A stretch of 64,000 nucleotides of DNA, from assembly GCA_963768425.1 (NCBI GenBank), contig CAVYHV010000029.1, positions 1 to 64,000 of the forward strand, written 5' to 3'. This stretch comes from Candidatus Bathyarchaeota archaeon (GTDB lineage: Archaea > Thermoproteota > Bathyarchaeia > Bathyarchaeales > Bathycorpusculaceae). The notes beneath the pieces are model-generated. The model had not been told where the DNA came from, did no database searches, and worked only from the letters and a program-made list of their open reading frames with translations. A program made the translations under genes and the position numbers. Numbering within the stretch: position 1 is the stretch's first letter; every line of letters begins with the position of its first letter. Shown one piece after another: positions 53,097-62,620 of the stretch.

Positions 53097-53521
53097 GGCT
53101 GCTAAAAAATAAGAAAGGACAAGTTCGAATAATTGAAGCATTTTTGGCCTCAGTCTTGTTGATGTCATGCCTGACTCTCATTCCTGCATCGCCAAACGTC
53201 CAGAATTCCTCGGGAAATCTTGCTTCAACAGCCCAAAATGTTTTGTTAAGTTTAGATGGCAACGGGCACTTGACAGCCTTGGTTGACAGCAAAAACTGGG
53301 CAGAGCTTAGAGATTGTCTGGCGTCTGCTCTTCCGCTTACAGTATGGTTTAACTTAACAGTTTTCGACCAAAACATGCGTATCATAAACGCTTTTCCAAT
53401 CTGCAACGCAGGCACTTTGAGTGATAAAATTGTTTCAGTAAACTATGTTTGCGCAAGCCAAAACAGTACATATGCAATCTACATCCTGAGGCTGCAACTT
53501 TCAGAGGAAGGAATAACATGA
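53093..53521 (+). CDS. Minor pilin with class III signal KKG/QVRIIEAF; probable CTG start
   Basis: The frame is open back to CTG 53093, which overlaps the upstream TGA; GGAG lies upstream. Confidence 0.75.
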   Translation: MRLLKNKKGQVRIIEAFLASVLLMSCLTLIPASPNVQNSSGNLASTAQNVLLSLDGNGHLTALVDSKNWAELRDCLASALPLTVWFNLTVFDQNMRIINAFPICNAGTLSDKIVSVNYVCASQNSTYAIYILRLQLSEEGIT

Positions 53522-54297
53522 AAAGGCGCAGCCTAAAGCACAACAAATCAGGCCAAGTAATAATAATCACCGCTTTACTCGTAGCGTTGCTTTTACTATC
53601 CACCTCCATCTATGTCATTGAAACCGAAAAAGAAGTACCACAAGCAGGGACCAACGAAAACACCGTTTTCTCGGCATACAAGCAAAGCACAATAAACACC
53701 GTGATAAGTGCATTAGCAAACGCAACTAATGGCGGCGACTCCAGCGTTTTGACCAATGACCTAAACGAATTGAAATCGACCATCTCTTCTAATTCATACC
53801 AAGCCATTGTCCAAATGGATTATAATACGCTGGACGAAGCTCCCTACCAAAATGGCATTTGGATTTCTTGGGGTACAGCTGGTCAAGGCATCTCAAGCGC
53901 TTGTGTCAATTTGGCATTTAAAAGCTTAGGGTTTTCAACAACTTCTAACGTGGAATATAATGTAAACATAACGACGGCGGCAGATTTGAGCGGAAAGTGT
54001 TTCCAACCTAAAAGCAACTTAACTCAAGTAACATTAACAATCAACATATTCAACGAAGGTAAACCAGCTTTAGCTCAAAACTTAACCTTTTACTTTGAAT
54101 GTAACCCTTCCTGGATAACTCCAAATTGGGTAAAAGTGAACGCGCCAAGCATAACAAACTTCGGAAATGGAACATATCTGGTTTCTTTTACGACTGAACC
54201 AAATCCTTTGAACGACCCTGTTCTTGTCTCTATGCTTTGCCAAGATCAACGCGGTATATATGTAGAAACAAACGTGACATGTACCAACACAGGATAA
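53518..54297 (+). CDS. Minor pilin with class III signal NKSG/QVIIITALL
   Basis: ATG 53518 overlaps the previous stop; basic leader followed by a hydrophobic helix. Confidence 0.78.
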   Translation: MKRRSLKHNKSGQVIIITALLVALLLLSTSIYVIETEKEVPQAGTNENTVFSAYKQSTINTVISALANATNGGDSSVLTNDLNELKSTISSNSYQAIVQMDYNTLDEAPYQNGIWISWGTAGQGISSACVNLAFKSLGFSTTSNVEYNVNITTAADLSGKCFQPKSNLTQVTLTINIFNEGKPALAQNLTFYFECNPSWITPNWVKVNAPSITNFGNGTYLVSFTTEPNPLNDPVLVSMLCQDQRGIYVETNVTCTNTG

Positions 54298-54364
54298 AAA
54301 TTAAAAATGTTAAATCTAAACAAAAATGCCTTGCTCTGTTTGAAGAAAGGAGAAGCAGCAACGA

Positions 54365-55708
54365 ATGAATCGCGCTAAAGCTACTAAAATTTTAGTTCTG
54401 CTAATAGCCACTTCAATTATTTTGACTGCAAGCATAAATATTGTCCAGAATTCTTCACCAAAGCTTACTGGCACATCAGTGAGCGTTTCGCCTGCAAGCG
54501 TGGCTTGGGAGAAAAATTACGGCGTAGTAGGAGATGACGACCGTGCATATTCCGCTCTTCCGATTGGTGACGGATGTTTAGTTGTCGGATCATCTGAATC
54601 GAATAAGACAGGTGTAACTGTTGGTTGGGCTTTAAGGCTTGATAGTAACGGCAACGTTATTTGGAACCAAACGTTCCTCGAAGGATCCGGCACTGAACTT
54701 AGATGTGCGCTTAATTTGACTGATGGATTCTTGCTTGTAGGAAACGAATTCTTGTCTTCGGGAGATGAAAACGGTTACGTTGCAAAAATAAGTAGTCAAG
54801 GATCATTAATGTGGCAAACGCCTATTATTGGCGGAGCAGACGTCAACAAGTTCTTCTCGGCAATTACTGTTCAAGACGGCTTTGTACTTTTCGGGTTAAC
54901 TTATTCCAACGCAAATGGACAATCAAATGCTTGGGTAGTCAAAATAGACCCAAATGCAAACGTTTTCTGGAACAAGACATTTGGAGATGCAACAGACACC
55001 GCCGCTACAAGCGGCGCTTTAGCTCCCGATGGAAATTATATGGTGGCAGGTTACACAAACTCTCGAGGAGACAATAACTATGATTTTCTACTTATGCAAA
55101 TTGCCCCGAATGGGAACATGGTGTGGAATAAAACCTACGGGCAAACAGGTACCCAAGAAGCCTCTGCCATGACAAAAGCCCCTGACGGCTACGCAATAGT
55201 TGGAAACACTCAATCACCAGATGGAATAATGCACGCGTGGGTAGTGAAGGTTGATTGGAACGGCACAATGTTATGGGCTGAAACAGTCGGGGGCAAAAAC
55301 GCAGATTCACCTTATTTCATAACTAATGCTCAAGATGGTGGTTACTTAGTTGGCGGCTTTACTTTTTCTTTCGGCGCAGGAAATCGGGATTTTTGGCTCT
55401 TTAAAATCGCCGATTCAGGACAAGTTTCATGGAGTTGCACTCAAGGCGACTCGGGTTACCAAGAAGCTTATGGCGTTATCCAAACAGGAAAAAACCAATA
55501 TATTATGGTGGGGTGGACAGACCCTCCTGGGCACCCTGCCTTAATAGGTAAAGCTCGGTACATGTTCGATGTTGTAACTATCATCTACCCTCAAAATAAC
55601 ACTTGGTTTTCAAGTTTACAGTTTATCTCTTATGCAACTGCAGGATTTGCGATTGTACTGGCGGTTTTACTTGTGGCATTAAGACTCCGTAATAGAGCGA
55701 ACATGTAA
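54365..55708 (+). CDS. Extracellular beta-propeller-like repeat protein with C-terminal TM anchor
   Basis: Repeated W.KT(Y/F)G...D.A......DG...V.G.....AWVVK.D.NG units; N-terminal signal and C-terminal TM. Confidence 0.78.
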   Translation: MNRAKATKILVLLIATSIILTASINIVQNSSPKLTGTSVSVSPASVAWEKNYGVVGDDDRAYSALPIGDGCLVVGSSESNKTGVTVGWALRLDSNGNVIWNQTFLEGSGTELRCALNLTDGFLLVGNEFLSSGDENGYVAKISSQGSLMWQTPIIGGADVNKFFSAITVQDGFVLFGLTYSNANGQSNAWVVKIDPNANVFWNKTFGDATDTAATSGALAPDGNYMVAGYTNSRGDNNYDFLLMQIAPNGNMVWNKTYGQTGTQEASAMTKAPDGYAIVGNTQSPDGIMHAWVVKVDWNGTMLWAETVGGKNADSPYFITNAQDGGYLVGGFTFSFGAGNRDFWLFKIADSGQVSWSCTQGDSGYQEAYGVIQTGKNQYIMVGWTDPPGHPALIGKARYMFDVVTIIYPQNNTWFSSLQFISYATAGFAIVLAVLLVALRLRNRANM

Positions 55709-55811
55709 TCAAGCTTCAAAAATTAGCCACAAACTACCAAGCAAAAGCCCGAAGCTACTCCGACTAATAAACTCTTAAAAAATCTTAAATGATGATTGGT
55801 TTATCAGTCGT

Positions 55812-56705
55812 TTATTCTTCATTTAGTTTAGAGAATAGCATTCGAAGAACCTTAACGAAGGCACTGTAGTTTGTCCAGATTGCCGCTGTTTTGTCTTTCT
55901 TTTTTACGTCTTCATCGTTTGCTGCATCTTCATGGAATGCGATCAATACTTCTTTATTATCAGAAATCATAATGCATGGCAAGTTTTGATCATCAACGAT
56001 GCGATTAGATTCACTTAACCATTGTAGTTGTCCAATGAAATAAGCGCTTTTTAAAGAGTTATCAGTTACCAAGGTGATGTTTGCTTTGTCCGCTTGCTTT
56101 TTGAGTTTGTCCGAAAAGTCGCTATAATATAATTGTGCAAGGTAGTCGGCTGAGGCGAAGACTTGGAATTCTTTTTCGGATTTTTCAAGCATTTCATTAG
56201 CCTTCATCAGTACCTGCTGTTCACCCTCAAGCATCTGGAAAAGCTCTTTCTTCGCCGCCACTGCTTTCCGCTGAGGCATTGATTGCCAAAGTTCCACAAG
56301 ACTTGTTTTCTCTTGTTCTAAGAGCCTTATTTTTATTTTTTGTGCATCTACAAGCATGTCAATAGCTTTGTCTAATGGAACAGCGGTGAATTTTAGAGGT
56401 TTCTCGAAAATGGAAAACACTATGCCCCTTTTCTCAAGATCCCGCAAGATTCTGTAAGTTTCAGTCCGATGAAGTGAAATTGCTTCCGCTATTTCTCCGG
56501 CTTTCATTTCGCCTACTCTTGCAAGGTGCAAGTAAACTTTGATCTCGTTTTTAAGTAGTCCAAACCTTGAGAGTGTCTCTTCAACGGTTGATAATTGCTC
56601 AGTGTAAGTCTGATCTTTCTTTACTGTTCTCCACGATTCGTTTTGCTTATTGTACACTTTTATTAGTTCTTGCTTTTCCATTGCGAGTACCATTTTGGGG
56701 TTCAC
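55812..56705 (-). CDS. TrmB-family transcriptional regulator
   Basis: LSRFGL..NEIKVYLHL...AGEIA..ISLHRTETYRILRDLEKRGIV...KPLKFTAVP, then a coiled coil and effector domain. Confidence 0.88.
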   Translation of the reverse strand: MNPKMVLAMEKQELIKVYNKQNESWRTVKKDQTYTEQLSTVEETLSRFGLLKNEIKVYLHLARVGEMKAGEIAEAISLHRTETYRILRDLEKRGIVFSIFEKPLKFTAVPLDKAIDMLVDAQKIKIRLLEQEKTSLVELWQSMPQRKAVAAKKELFQMLEGEQQVLMKANEMLEKSEKEFQVFASADYLAQLYYSDFSDKLKKQADKANITLVTDNSLKSAYFIGQLQWLSESNRIVDDQNLPCIMISDNKEVLIAFHEDAANDEDVKKKDKTAAIWTNYSAFVKVLRMLFSKLNEE

Positions 56706-56875
56706 CTTTCTCCATATTTTAGGTCTTGTCTCCTAATTCTAACCATTTATATATAATATGATTACGACTTGAAAATCTGAATTCAGAATTCATGTTCGGT
56801 TAAAACTTACAAACAAGCAGCTTTTTGGAGGGCTGTCCCCAAATCAGATTAGCAGCGTAGAAGGCTATTTTTAGG

Positions 56876-58594
56876 TTATGTTTCAAGTGCTTTTGCGGAA
56901 GCGTTAGCGTAAACTGACCCGAATTTGTTCACAAGGTCTTTCTGAGTGTAAACTGAAGAGTGCAGTTGGAAGAAATTTCCCATTCTTCCCGTTTCTACGC
57001 CAATTCCAATTACGATGACGCCTTTGCGCAGTAAATCATCGACGCATTCCTTCAAAGCGATTGGCATGTTTGGGTAGCCATATGGCCAACCGTCGGAGAT
57101 AACTATTAAGACGCGTTGTTCTTCAAATCTTTTAGCCAGCATTTTTCCGGCCATCTGAATTGCGTCGGGAATATATGTTAGCCCTTCAAATCTCAATCCT
57201 CCGATTCTGGCCCTGACTTTCTTTGAATACGACTCATTGCTGTCTTTAAGTATGTAGAATTTGTCACTGAAGGCAAAAAAAGTCCAAGACGTTGGGTCCA
57301 TCATTAATTCTTTCGCTGCCTCAGCAACAGCTATGGCTAACGCGCGACCATATTCCCCTTTCACCTGCATGCTACTGCTGACATCAAAAATCAGGGACCA
57401 AGCAAAACTTGTCTTGAGATACTCATCGAGCACGAAAACATCTGTCGCTGGCTTATTACTTGCCAAGGATTGAATTACAGATGCCAAATCCAGTTGACCC
57501 ATTTCTTGCCTTGGGTCCTCATCAAGATAATTAAACGCTGATCTTAGAATATCGAGAAGTCGCCGACTTGCTCCTTGCACTAGATTTCTGGCTCTCAGAT
57601 ATTGAGTGTAATCTTCCTCTGGAATAGAGACTGATTTGAATCTGGTCATAGTCACATAGGGTTTGATTTTCGAAAGTATTTTTTCTTCACGTTGCTTCTG
57701 GTAGCTGTCCGAATTGAATGCTTGTAAGGATTCTGCTTCTTGTTCAGGTCTCCAACATTGGTCAATATTGTCTACGGTAGGCACGTTTGCTCCTAAGCTA
57801 ATGAGTGACTGTACAAACAAGCCTTCAAAATCGTTATCAACTGATCTATCCGTTTCACTGTATATGCTGCAGTTCCCATTGCTTTCAGTATGTCGAAGTG
57901 AGGGCGCCTCCAAAAAAGGTCCAAAAGGCTCAAGCAAAAGCTTTATGCCTTTTACTTTTTCGTCGAATAACTCTTCCACTTTAATTTCCTGGTCGGCTAT
58001 TGACATTAAGAAAGTTTCTTTAACGGCTGTTAAGTCGTTGAACAGTTGATTTACCGTTTTCTCCTCTTCAACGCCTGGACAATTCTTGATTAAGCCCAAA
58101 TTACATTTGGTTAGTAAAGCAGCCATAAGTTTTGTTGAGGAGGTAAAGATTCTCTCTGAAGGCTTTATTTTCTGGTAAGCCAACGCATTTGCATACGCAA
58201 TGTCAAAAAACCTATCGGGATACCATGCCTGAATGTAGGCGTTTACGTATGTGTCATTAATTAGAGACTTAGCAAACGCTTCAACTATTGAATCTGATTT
58301 TTTTGGCGCAATTTTTTCTTTGGGAAATGGCTCTAAAGTATGAGTTGTTAGGTGCAGAACAGTTGCTCTAAATAATCGCCCAATTTTTGATTTGCCTCCA
58401 TTGTTTAGGGCAAATTTGTGCCCAAGATACGAAACATTTCCCCCTTCTAAGATTCGAACGGTTGGGAGCTTAATGGTGAACCCAACATTATCAATTTGCA
58501 GGGTCGGCTGATCCAAAGTAGGATCCTGAAGTATTTTCACTTTTGTGTTATCTTTTTGTAGTGAAACCGACCAAGCGTAATCAATAAACCCCAA
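56876..58594 (-). CDS. vWA-domain protein (NorD/CbbO/CobT-like partner of MoxR AAA+)
   Basis: MIDAS DVSSSM, GLTYIPDA, ISDGWP; GQLDL motif precedes the vWA domain. Confidence 0.85.
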   Translation of the reverse strand: MGFIDYAWSVSLQKDNTKVKILQDPTLDQPTLQIDNVGFTIKLPTVRILEGGNVSYLGHKFALNNGGKSKIGRLFRATVLHLTTHTLEPFPKEKIAPKKSDSIVEAFAKSLINDTYVNAYIQAWYPDRFFDIAYANALAYQKIKPSERIFTSSTKLMAALLTKCNLGLIKNCPGVEEEKTVNQLFNDLTAVKETFLMSIADQEIKVEELFDEKVKGIKLLLEPFGPFLEAPSLRHTESNGNCSIYSETDRSVDNDFEGLFVQSLISLGANVPTVDNIDQCWRPEQEAESLQAFNSDSYQKQREEKILSKIKPYVTMTRFKSVSIPEEDYTQYLRARNLVQGASRRLLDILRSAFNYLDEDPRQEMGQLDLASVIQSLASNKPATDVFVLDEYLKTSFAWSLIFDVSSSMQVKGEYGRALAIAVAEAAKELMMDPTSWTFFAFSDKFYILKDSNESYSKKVRARIGGLRFEGLTYIPDAIQMAGKMLAKRFEEQRVLIVISDGWPYGYPNMPIALKECVDDLLRKGVIVIGIGVETGRMGNFFQLHSSVYTQKDLVNKFGSVYANASAKALET

Positions 58595-58611
58595 AATGCA
58601 ATAACTCCTAA

Positions 58612-59637
58612 TTATTGCGATTTATTAAAAACTGCTTCCAGGATCCTCCTCACGTCTGCTTGGACTTCAACGTTGTCGCTGGTTAGCCCAATTAAAGTTT
58701 CTTCAGCTGCACTCATAGGAGTATTTCCATCTTTTACTAAAGTAGCCCAGTTGATTAAGTCACCCAACGAGGGTCCATAAGGCAGGTCGCCGGCTTTGTA
58801 TTGTCTTCTTAATTCAGCGCCAGCTTGAATGATTTTATAAGCGGTATCCTGATCAATCTTCGTCCTTTTCTGTAACATGTCCACTTCATCTGGAGAGATG
58901 GTTTCTCCGACACTTAGGAAATCAAAGTTTATCCAGACAGCCATGCGTCTTCTCATGGCGGCGTTTAGAGGTTTTGTCCCCGAGAATTCAGCTGTAGCGG
59001 GGTTCATGCTGATAATCATATACCCGTATTTGTGGCGTTCAATGACTTCGCTGTCTTTTTCATTAAGAACCAAGTGACCTCTTGTGTCTAAAACTGGGTT
59101 TAGTCTTGTGGCTACGTCTTGTTTCATCATGTTTGCTTCGTCGAGGTACATGATGCCGCCTTTCCTTAGCCACTGGGTTAATAGTCCATCTACCCAGTTT
59201 TCTTTGCCAAGCCCGATAAATCGTCCAATGAGGTCGAATGATGATGTTGATAAGCCGCAGTTGACTTCCCAAATTGGTAAACCCGTAAGCTCAGCTACCA
59301 AGTAGACGATATGGGTTTTTCCAGTTCCTGACGGTCCGATTAAGCTGCACTGTTTAAAATAATAGAGCGCGCGCACAATCCGTTCAACGTAGTTAAAGCC
59401 ATGGTCTAAGTATTCAGGTGTTCCTTTTGGTATCATGCTGTCCAAGTGGGCGAAGCTGAAGTTTGGGTGTAAGTCAAATCTCTGTATGTTGTATTTTTCG
59501 TATAATGGGCTCTTAGACATTGGGCGCTCTTTATCAAGGGATACTGTAACCTTGAATTTGTCTTCTTTGAGGGATGATACCTCTTGAACTCTACTTGCTT
59601 CAGCTTTTTCTTTTAGCCCTTGATGTCCATAACTCAT
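58612..59637 (-). CDS. MoxR-type AAA+ ATPase (CbbQ/NirQ/NorQ-like)
   Basis: Walker A GPSGTGKT, DLIG...WVDG.L, Walker B YLDEAN, SMNP, PLNAAMRRR. Confidence 0.9.
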   Translation of the reverse strand: MSYGHQGLKEKAEASRVQEVSSLKEDKFKVTVSLDKERPMSKSPLYEKYNIQRFDLHPNFSFAHLDSMIPKGTPEYLDHGFNYVERIVRALYYFKQCSLIGPSGTGKTHIVYLVAELTGLPIWEVNCGLSTSSFDLIGRFIGLGKENWVDGLLTQWLRKGGIMYLDEANMMKQDVATRLNPVLDTRGHLVLNEKDSEVIERHKYGYMIISMNPATAEFSGTKPLNAAMRRRMAVWINFDFLSVGETISPDEVDMLQKRTKIDQDTAYKIIQAGAELRRQYKAGDLPYGPSLGDLINWATLVKDGNTPMSAAEETLIGLTSDNVEVQADVRRILEAVFNKSQ

Positions 59638-59930
59638 TTGGCGCCGTCTCTAACGCGATAAAAGTTGGAAACCGAATAAATAAGTATTATGAATTACTAC
59701 TTGATATGTCATATACACATGTGAATGTGAAAAAGCCTATTCACAATTCCTCGTAGATTTCATTAAAGCAAAGTACCTCACGGATCCTAAACGTTTGGCG
59801 TTTAATTTATTTGCGTTTCTTGTTGAATTATGTTCCAAAATATAGTGCAATGTTATAGTGTAGTGCTACACAACGCTTTTATATGGTTATCTTAAGATTT
59901 AAGATAACAATATCTTAGAGACGAACCGAA

Positions 59931-60299
59931 ATGGGCACAATCATGATAGTGGATGACGCTTCGTTCATGCGGGCAGTCCTGAAAAAAATAGTCTTACAAG
60001 CGGGTCACGAAGTAATCGCTGAAGCTGCAAATGGGGACGATGCTATCGCTCAGTTTCAACAATCAAAACCGGATCTCGTACTTATGGATATAATCATGCC
60101 TCCTGGACCAAAAGCCAAAGATGGCATAGAGGCCCTCAAACAAATCGTTGCATGTGATCCGTCTGCAAAAGTAGTAATGTGCAGTTCAATGGGGCAGCAA
60201 TCATTAATTGTGGAAGCAATAAAGTCGGGTGCTAAAGACTTCGTCATAAAACCGTTTCAACCTCAAAAAGTAATTGAAGCAATCACAAAATACTGCTGA
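59931..60299 (+). CDS. cheY: Chemotaxis response regulator CheY
   Basis: IVDDASFMR, PDLVLMDIIMP, MCSSMGQQ, DFVIKPFQ. Confidence 0.93.
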   Translation: MGTIMIVDDASFMRAVLKKIVLQAGHEVIAEAANGDDAIAQFQQSKPDLVLMDIIMPPGPKAKDGIEALKQIVACDPSAKVVMCSSMGQQSLIVEAIKSGAKDFVIKPFQPQKVIEAITKYC

Positions 60300-60420
60300 G
60301 GCAAATCAGTTGTTTCCTCTTTCGGCGAGTCACGAATACAAGAAAGCATGGTTTAGCACGCCCAGTAAAATTAGGAGCAATCCTAAGGTTGCCTATCAGC
60401 GACTGGAGTTAACACCATGT

Positions 60421-60927
60421 GTGACCATAGAAGCTAATACGGGTCCAATGGTGGAAGAGGTTCGAGTGGACATGGCAGATATGAGGGTAGAAAGCAAAAA
60501 TGTTGAGCTATTAACAAGTGTCGGATCTTGCGTAGCAATATGCTTGCACGATTCCGTGCACAAATGTGGGGGGTTAGCTCACATTATGCTTCCAAACTCT
60601 GCTAATGTATCGCAAGAACCTCTTCCATCAAAATTTGCGAACACAGCTGTTCCAGCTCTTATAAAGGAAATACACGCAATTACTGGAAAACAAAGTCGTC
60701 TTTCAGCTAAAATCGCAGGAGGCGCTAACATGTTCGCAAACATAGGTACTAATCATTTAGACATAGGCGCTAAAAATGTTAAAGCAGTTAAGACTTCATT
60801 AGATGAACACAAAATATGGCTGGCCGCTGAGGACGTAGGTGGCTTGCATGGAAGAAGAATTTCATTCAATGTTGCTTCCGGCAAGACAATTGTCAAGCAG
60901 TATAACGGAGACATAAAAGAGCTATGA
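60421..60927 (+). CDS. cheD: Chemoreceptor glutamine deamidase CheD
   Basis: VGSCVAICLHD...GGLAHIMLP, AKIAGGANMF, IGAKN, AEDVGG..GR. Start uncertain (60421 or 60448). Confidence 0.93.
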   Translation: MTIEANTGPMVEEVRVDMADMRVESKNVELLTSVGSCVAICLHDSVHKCGGLAHIMLPNSANVSQEPLPSKFANTAVPALIKEIHAITGKQSRLSAKIAGGANMFANIGTNHLDIGAKNVKAVKTSLDEHKIWLAAEDVGGLHGRRISFNVASGKTIVKQYNGDIKEL

Positions 60928-61598
60928 ACAATCAAATCAAGGTCGACTTAACCACCGAATCTGACAGCAAAGAACCTTCCAAGCTCTCTGTTGGTAAAGA
61001 AATCAATTTAGGTATTCTCTTAGAGCTTGGAAGTATAGGGGCAGGGCATGCTGCAACCTCTTTATCTGACATACTCCAGCAACCCATATCAATCGATGTT
61101 CCTACAATTCATACAATTCAAGCGCATTTGATTCCCACTTTCTTCAACATGCACGAAATGCCAACGATTGCCGTCTATCTGCAACTTACGACAGAGTTCG
61201 GATGCGACATTTTATTAATGTTCGAGCTAACGGAAGCGAAAAAGATAGCAGCTATGATGACTTGTGCATCTTCTATTGAAGAACTGGATCCAGCAATGGA
61301 AACATCAGCTATACATGAGCTTGCAAACATTCTCATAGGATCATTCTTGACAGCGATCTCGGATTTCATTGGAATCAGCCTTCTTCCTACTACGCCTCAA
61401 AGCTCAGTTGATACCTTCGACGCGATACTTGACGGTTTTCTCATTAAGCAATCTATGTTTTCCGAAAATGCAATGGTATTTGAAACACGCTTTAAACGCC
61501 AAGGTGAAAACGCAAATTGCATACTAATGATATTTCCAAGCCAGGAACTGAAAGAACTGATTGCTAAGAAATCAAAACCGGTCATCGAAATTCAATGA
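60924..61598 (+). CDS. cheC: CheY-P phosphatase CheC
   Basis: ELGSIGAGHAATSLS and SAIHELANILIGSFLTAI. Confidence 0.92.
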   Translation: MNNQIKVDLTTESDSKEPSKLSVGKEINLGILLELGSIGAGHAATSLSDILQQPISIDVPTIHTIQAHLIPTFFNMHEMPTIAVYLQLTTEFGCDILLMFELTEAKKIAAMMTCASSIEELDPAMETSAIHELANILIGSFLTAISDFIGISLLPTTPQSSVDTFDAILDGFLIKQSMFSENAMVFETRFKRQGENANCILMIFPSQELKELIAKKSKPVIEIQ

Positions 61599-61629
61599 AC
61601 GCAAAGAGAAGGTTGAGGCAGAAAAATAT

Positions 61630-62468
61630 TTGGTCGAGCAAGTCAAAACGGATTCTTTGCAGGACTTCTTAGATAAAATGGCTTTTCAAAAAGTTAAAAA
61701 AATGCTGTTTGAAAATGCCGGAGTAAACTGTTCAGGTTACAGAGATGAATATTTAAAGCGGCGTTTTGAAATCCGATTAAGAGCAACTGGCGCCAACTCA
61801 TACGGCAGGTACATTACTTATTTAAGAAATAATCCGGAAGAATTCAAAAACTTACTTAATGATATGACGATTAACTTTACCATGTTTTTCAGAGATACTG
61901 ATGTTTACACATATCTTGAAAAAGTGCTTCTTCCCAAGATCTTCAAGTTATCGAAGCCTACCCGAATTTGGAGTGCCGGCTGCGCTAGTGGGGAAGAGCC
62001 TTATTCCTTGGCCATTTTGGTTCATAAAGTCCTTGGGGAAAAAATATGTGATCATCCTGTAACAATTTTTGCTTCTGATATCGACAAAGATGCGCTATCA
62101 ACTGCTGCAAAGGGCGAGTATTCCCAAAGGCAGCTAAGTAACCTGAGTAGGGACTTAGTGGACCGATTCTTTACAAAGAGGGAGAACTTTACAAAGTTCG
62201 CAATTCTGTGAGACAAATCATTCATTTTCACGAGTTCGATTTAATGGCTCCTTCTGTGCACCTGAATCTAGATCTTATTTTATGCAGAAACGTAATGATC
62301 TATTTTTCAAAGGAAAGTCAACAACAAATCCACATGAGCTTCTATAAGGCTTTGAAATCTGACGGTTACTTTATTACTGGAAAATCAGAAATCTTGAGCG
62401 GTGAACCAGCGGCAAAATTTCTAGCGGTGGACCAACAAGTTAGAGTTTATCAAAAACCCAGCAAGTAA
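61630..62468 (+). CDS. cheR: Chemotaxis methyltransferase CheR (frameshift ~62178)
   Basis: TINFTMFFRD, RIWSAGCASGEEPYSLAI, ASDID, DLILCRNVMIYF. Confidence 0.93.
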
Positions 62469-62620
62469 ATGAATCGTCAAAATACTTGCTTTCAAATATG
62501 TCTCTTTAAGGTCTGAGTGTCTGATTAAAGACACACTCTACCAAATTACCTAATTTGTCTCAGATTGTTGTATTAGATCTGAAATTCGAAGGTGCAGATT
62601 CGACCTTAGGTGAAAAGGCA

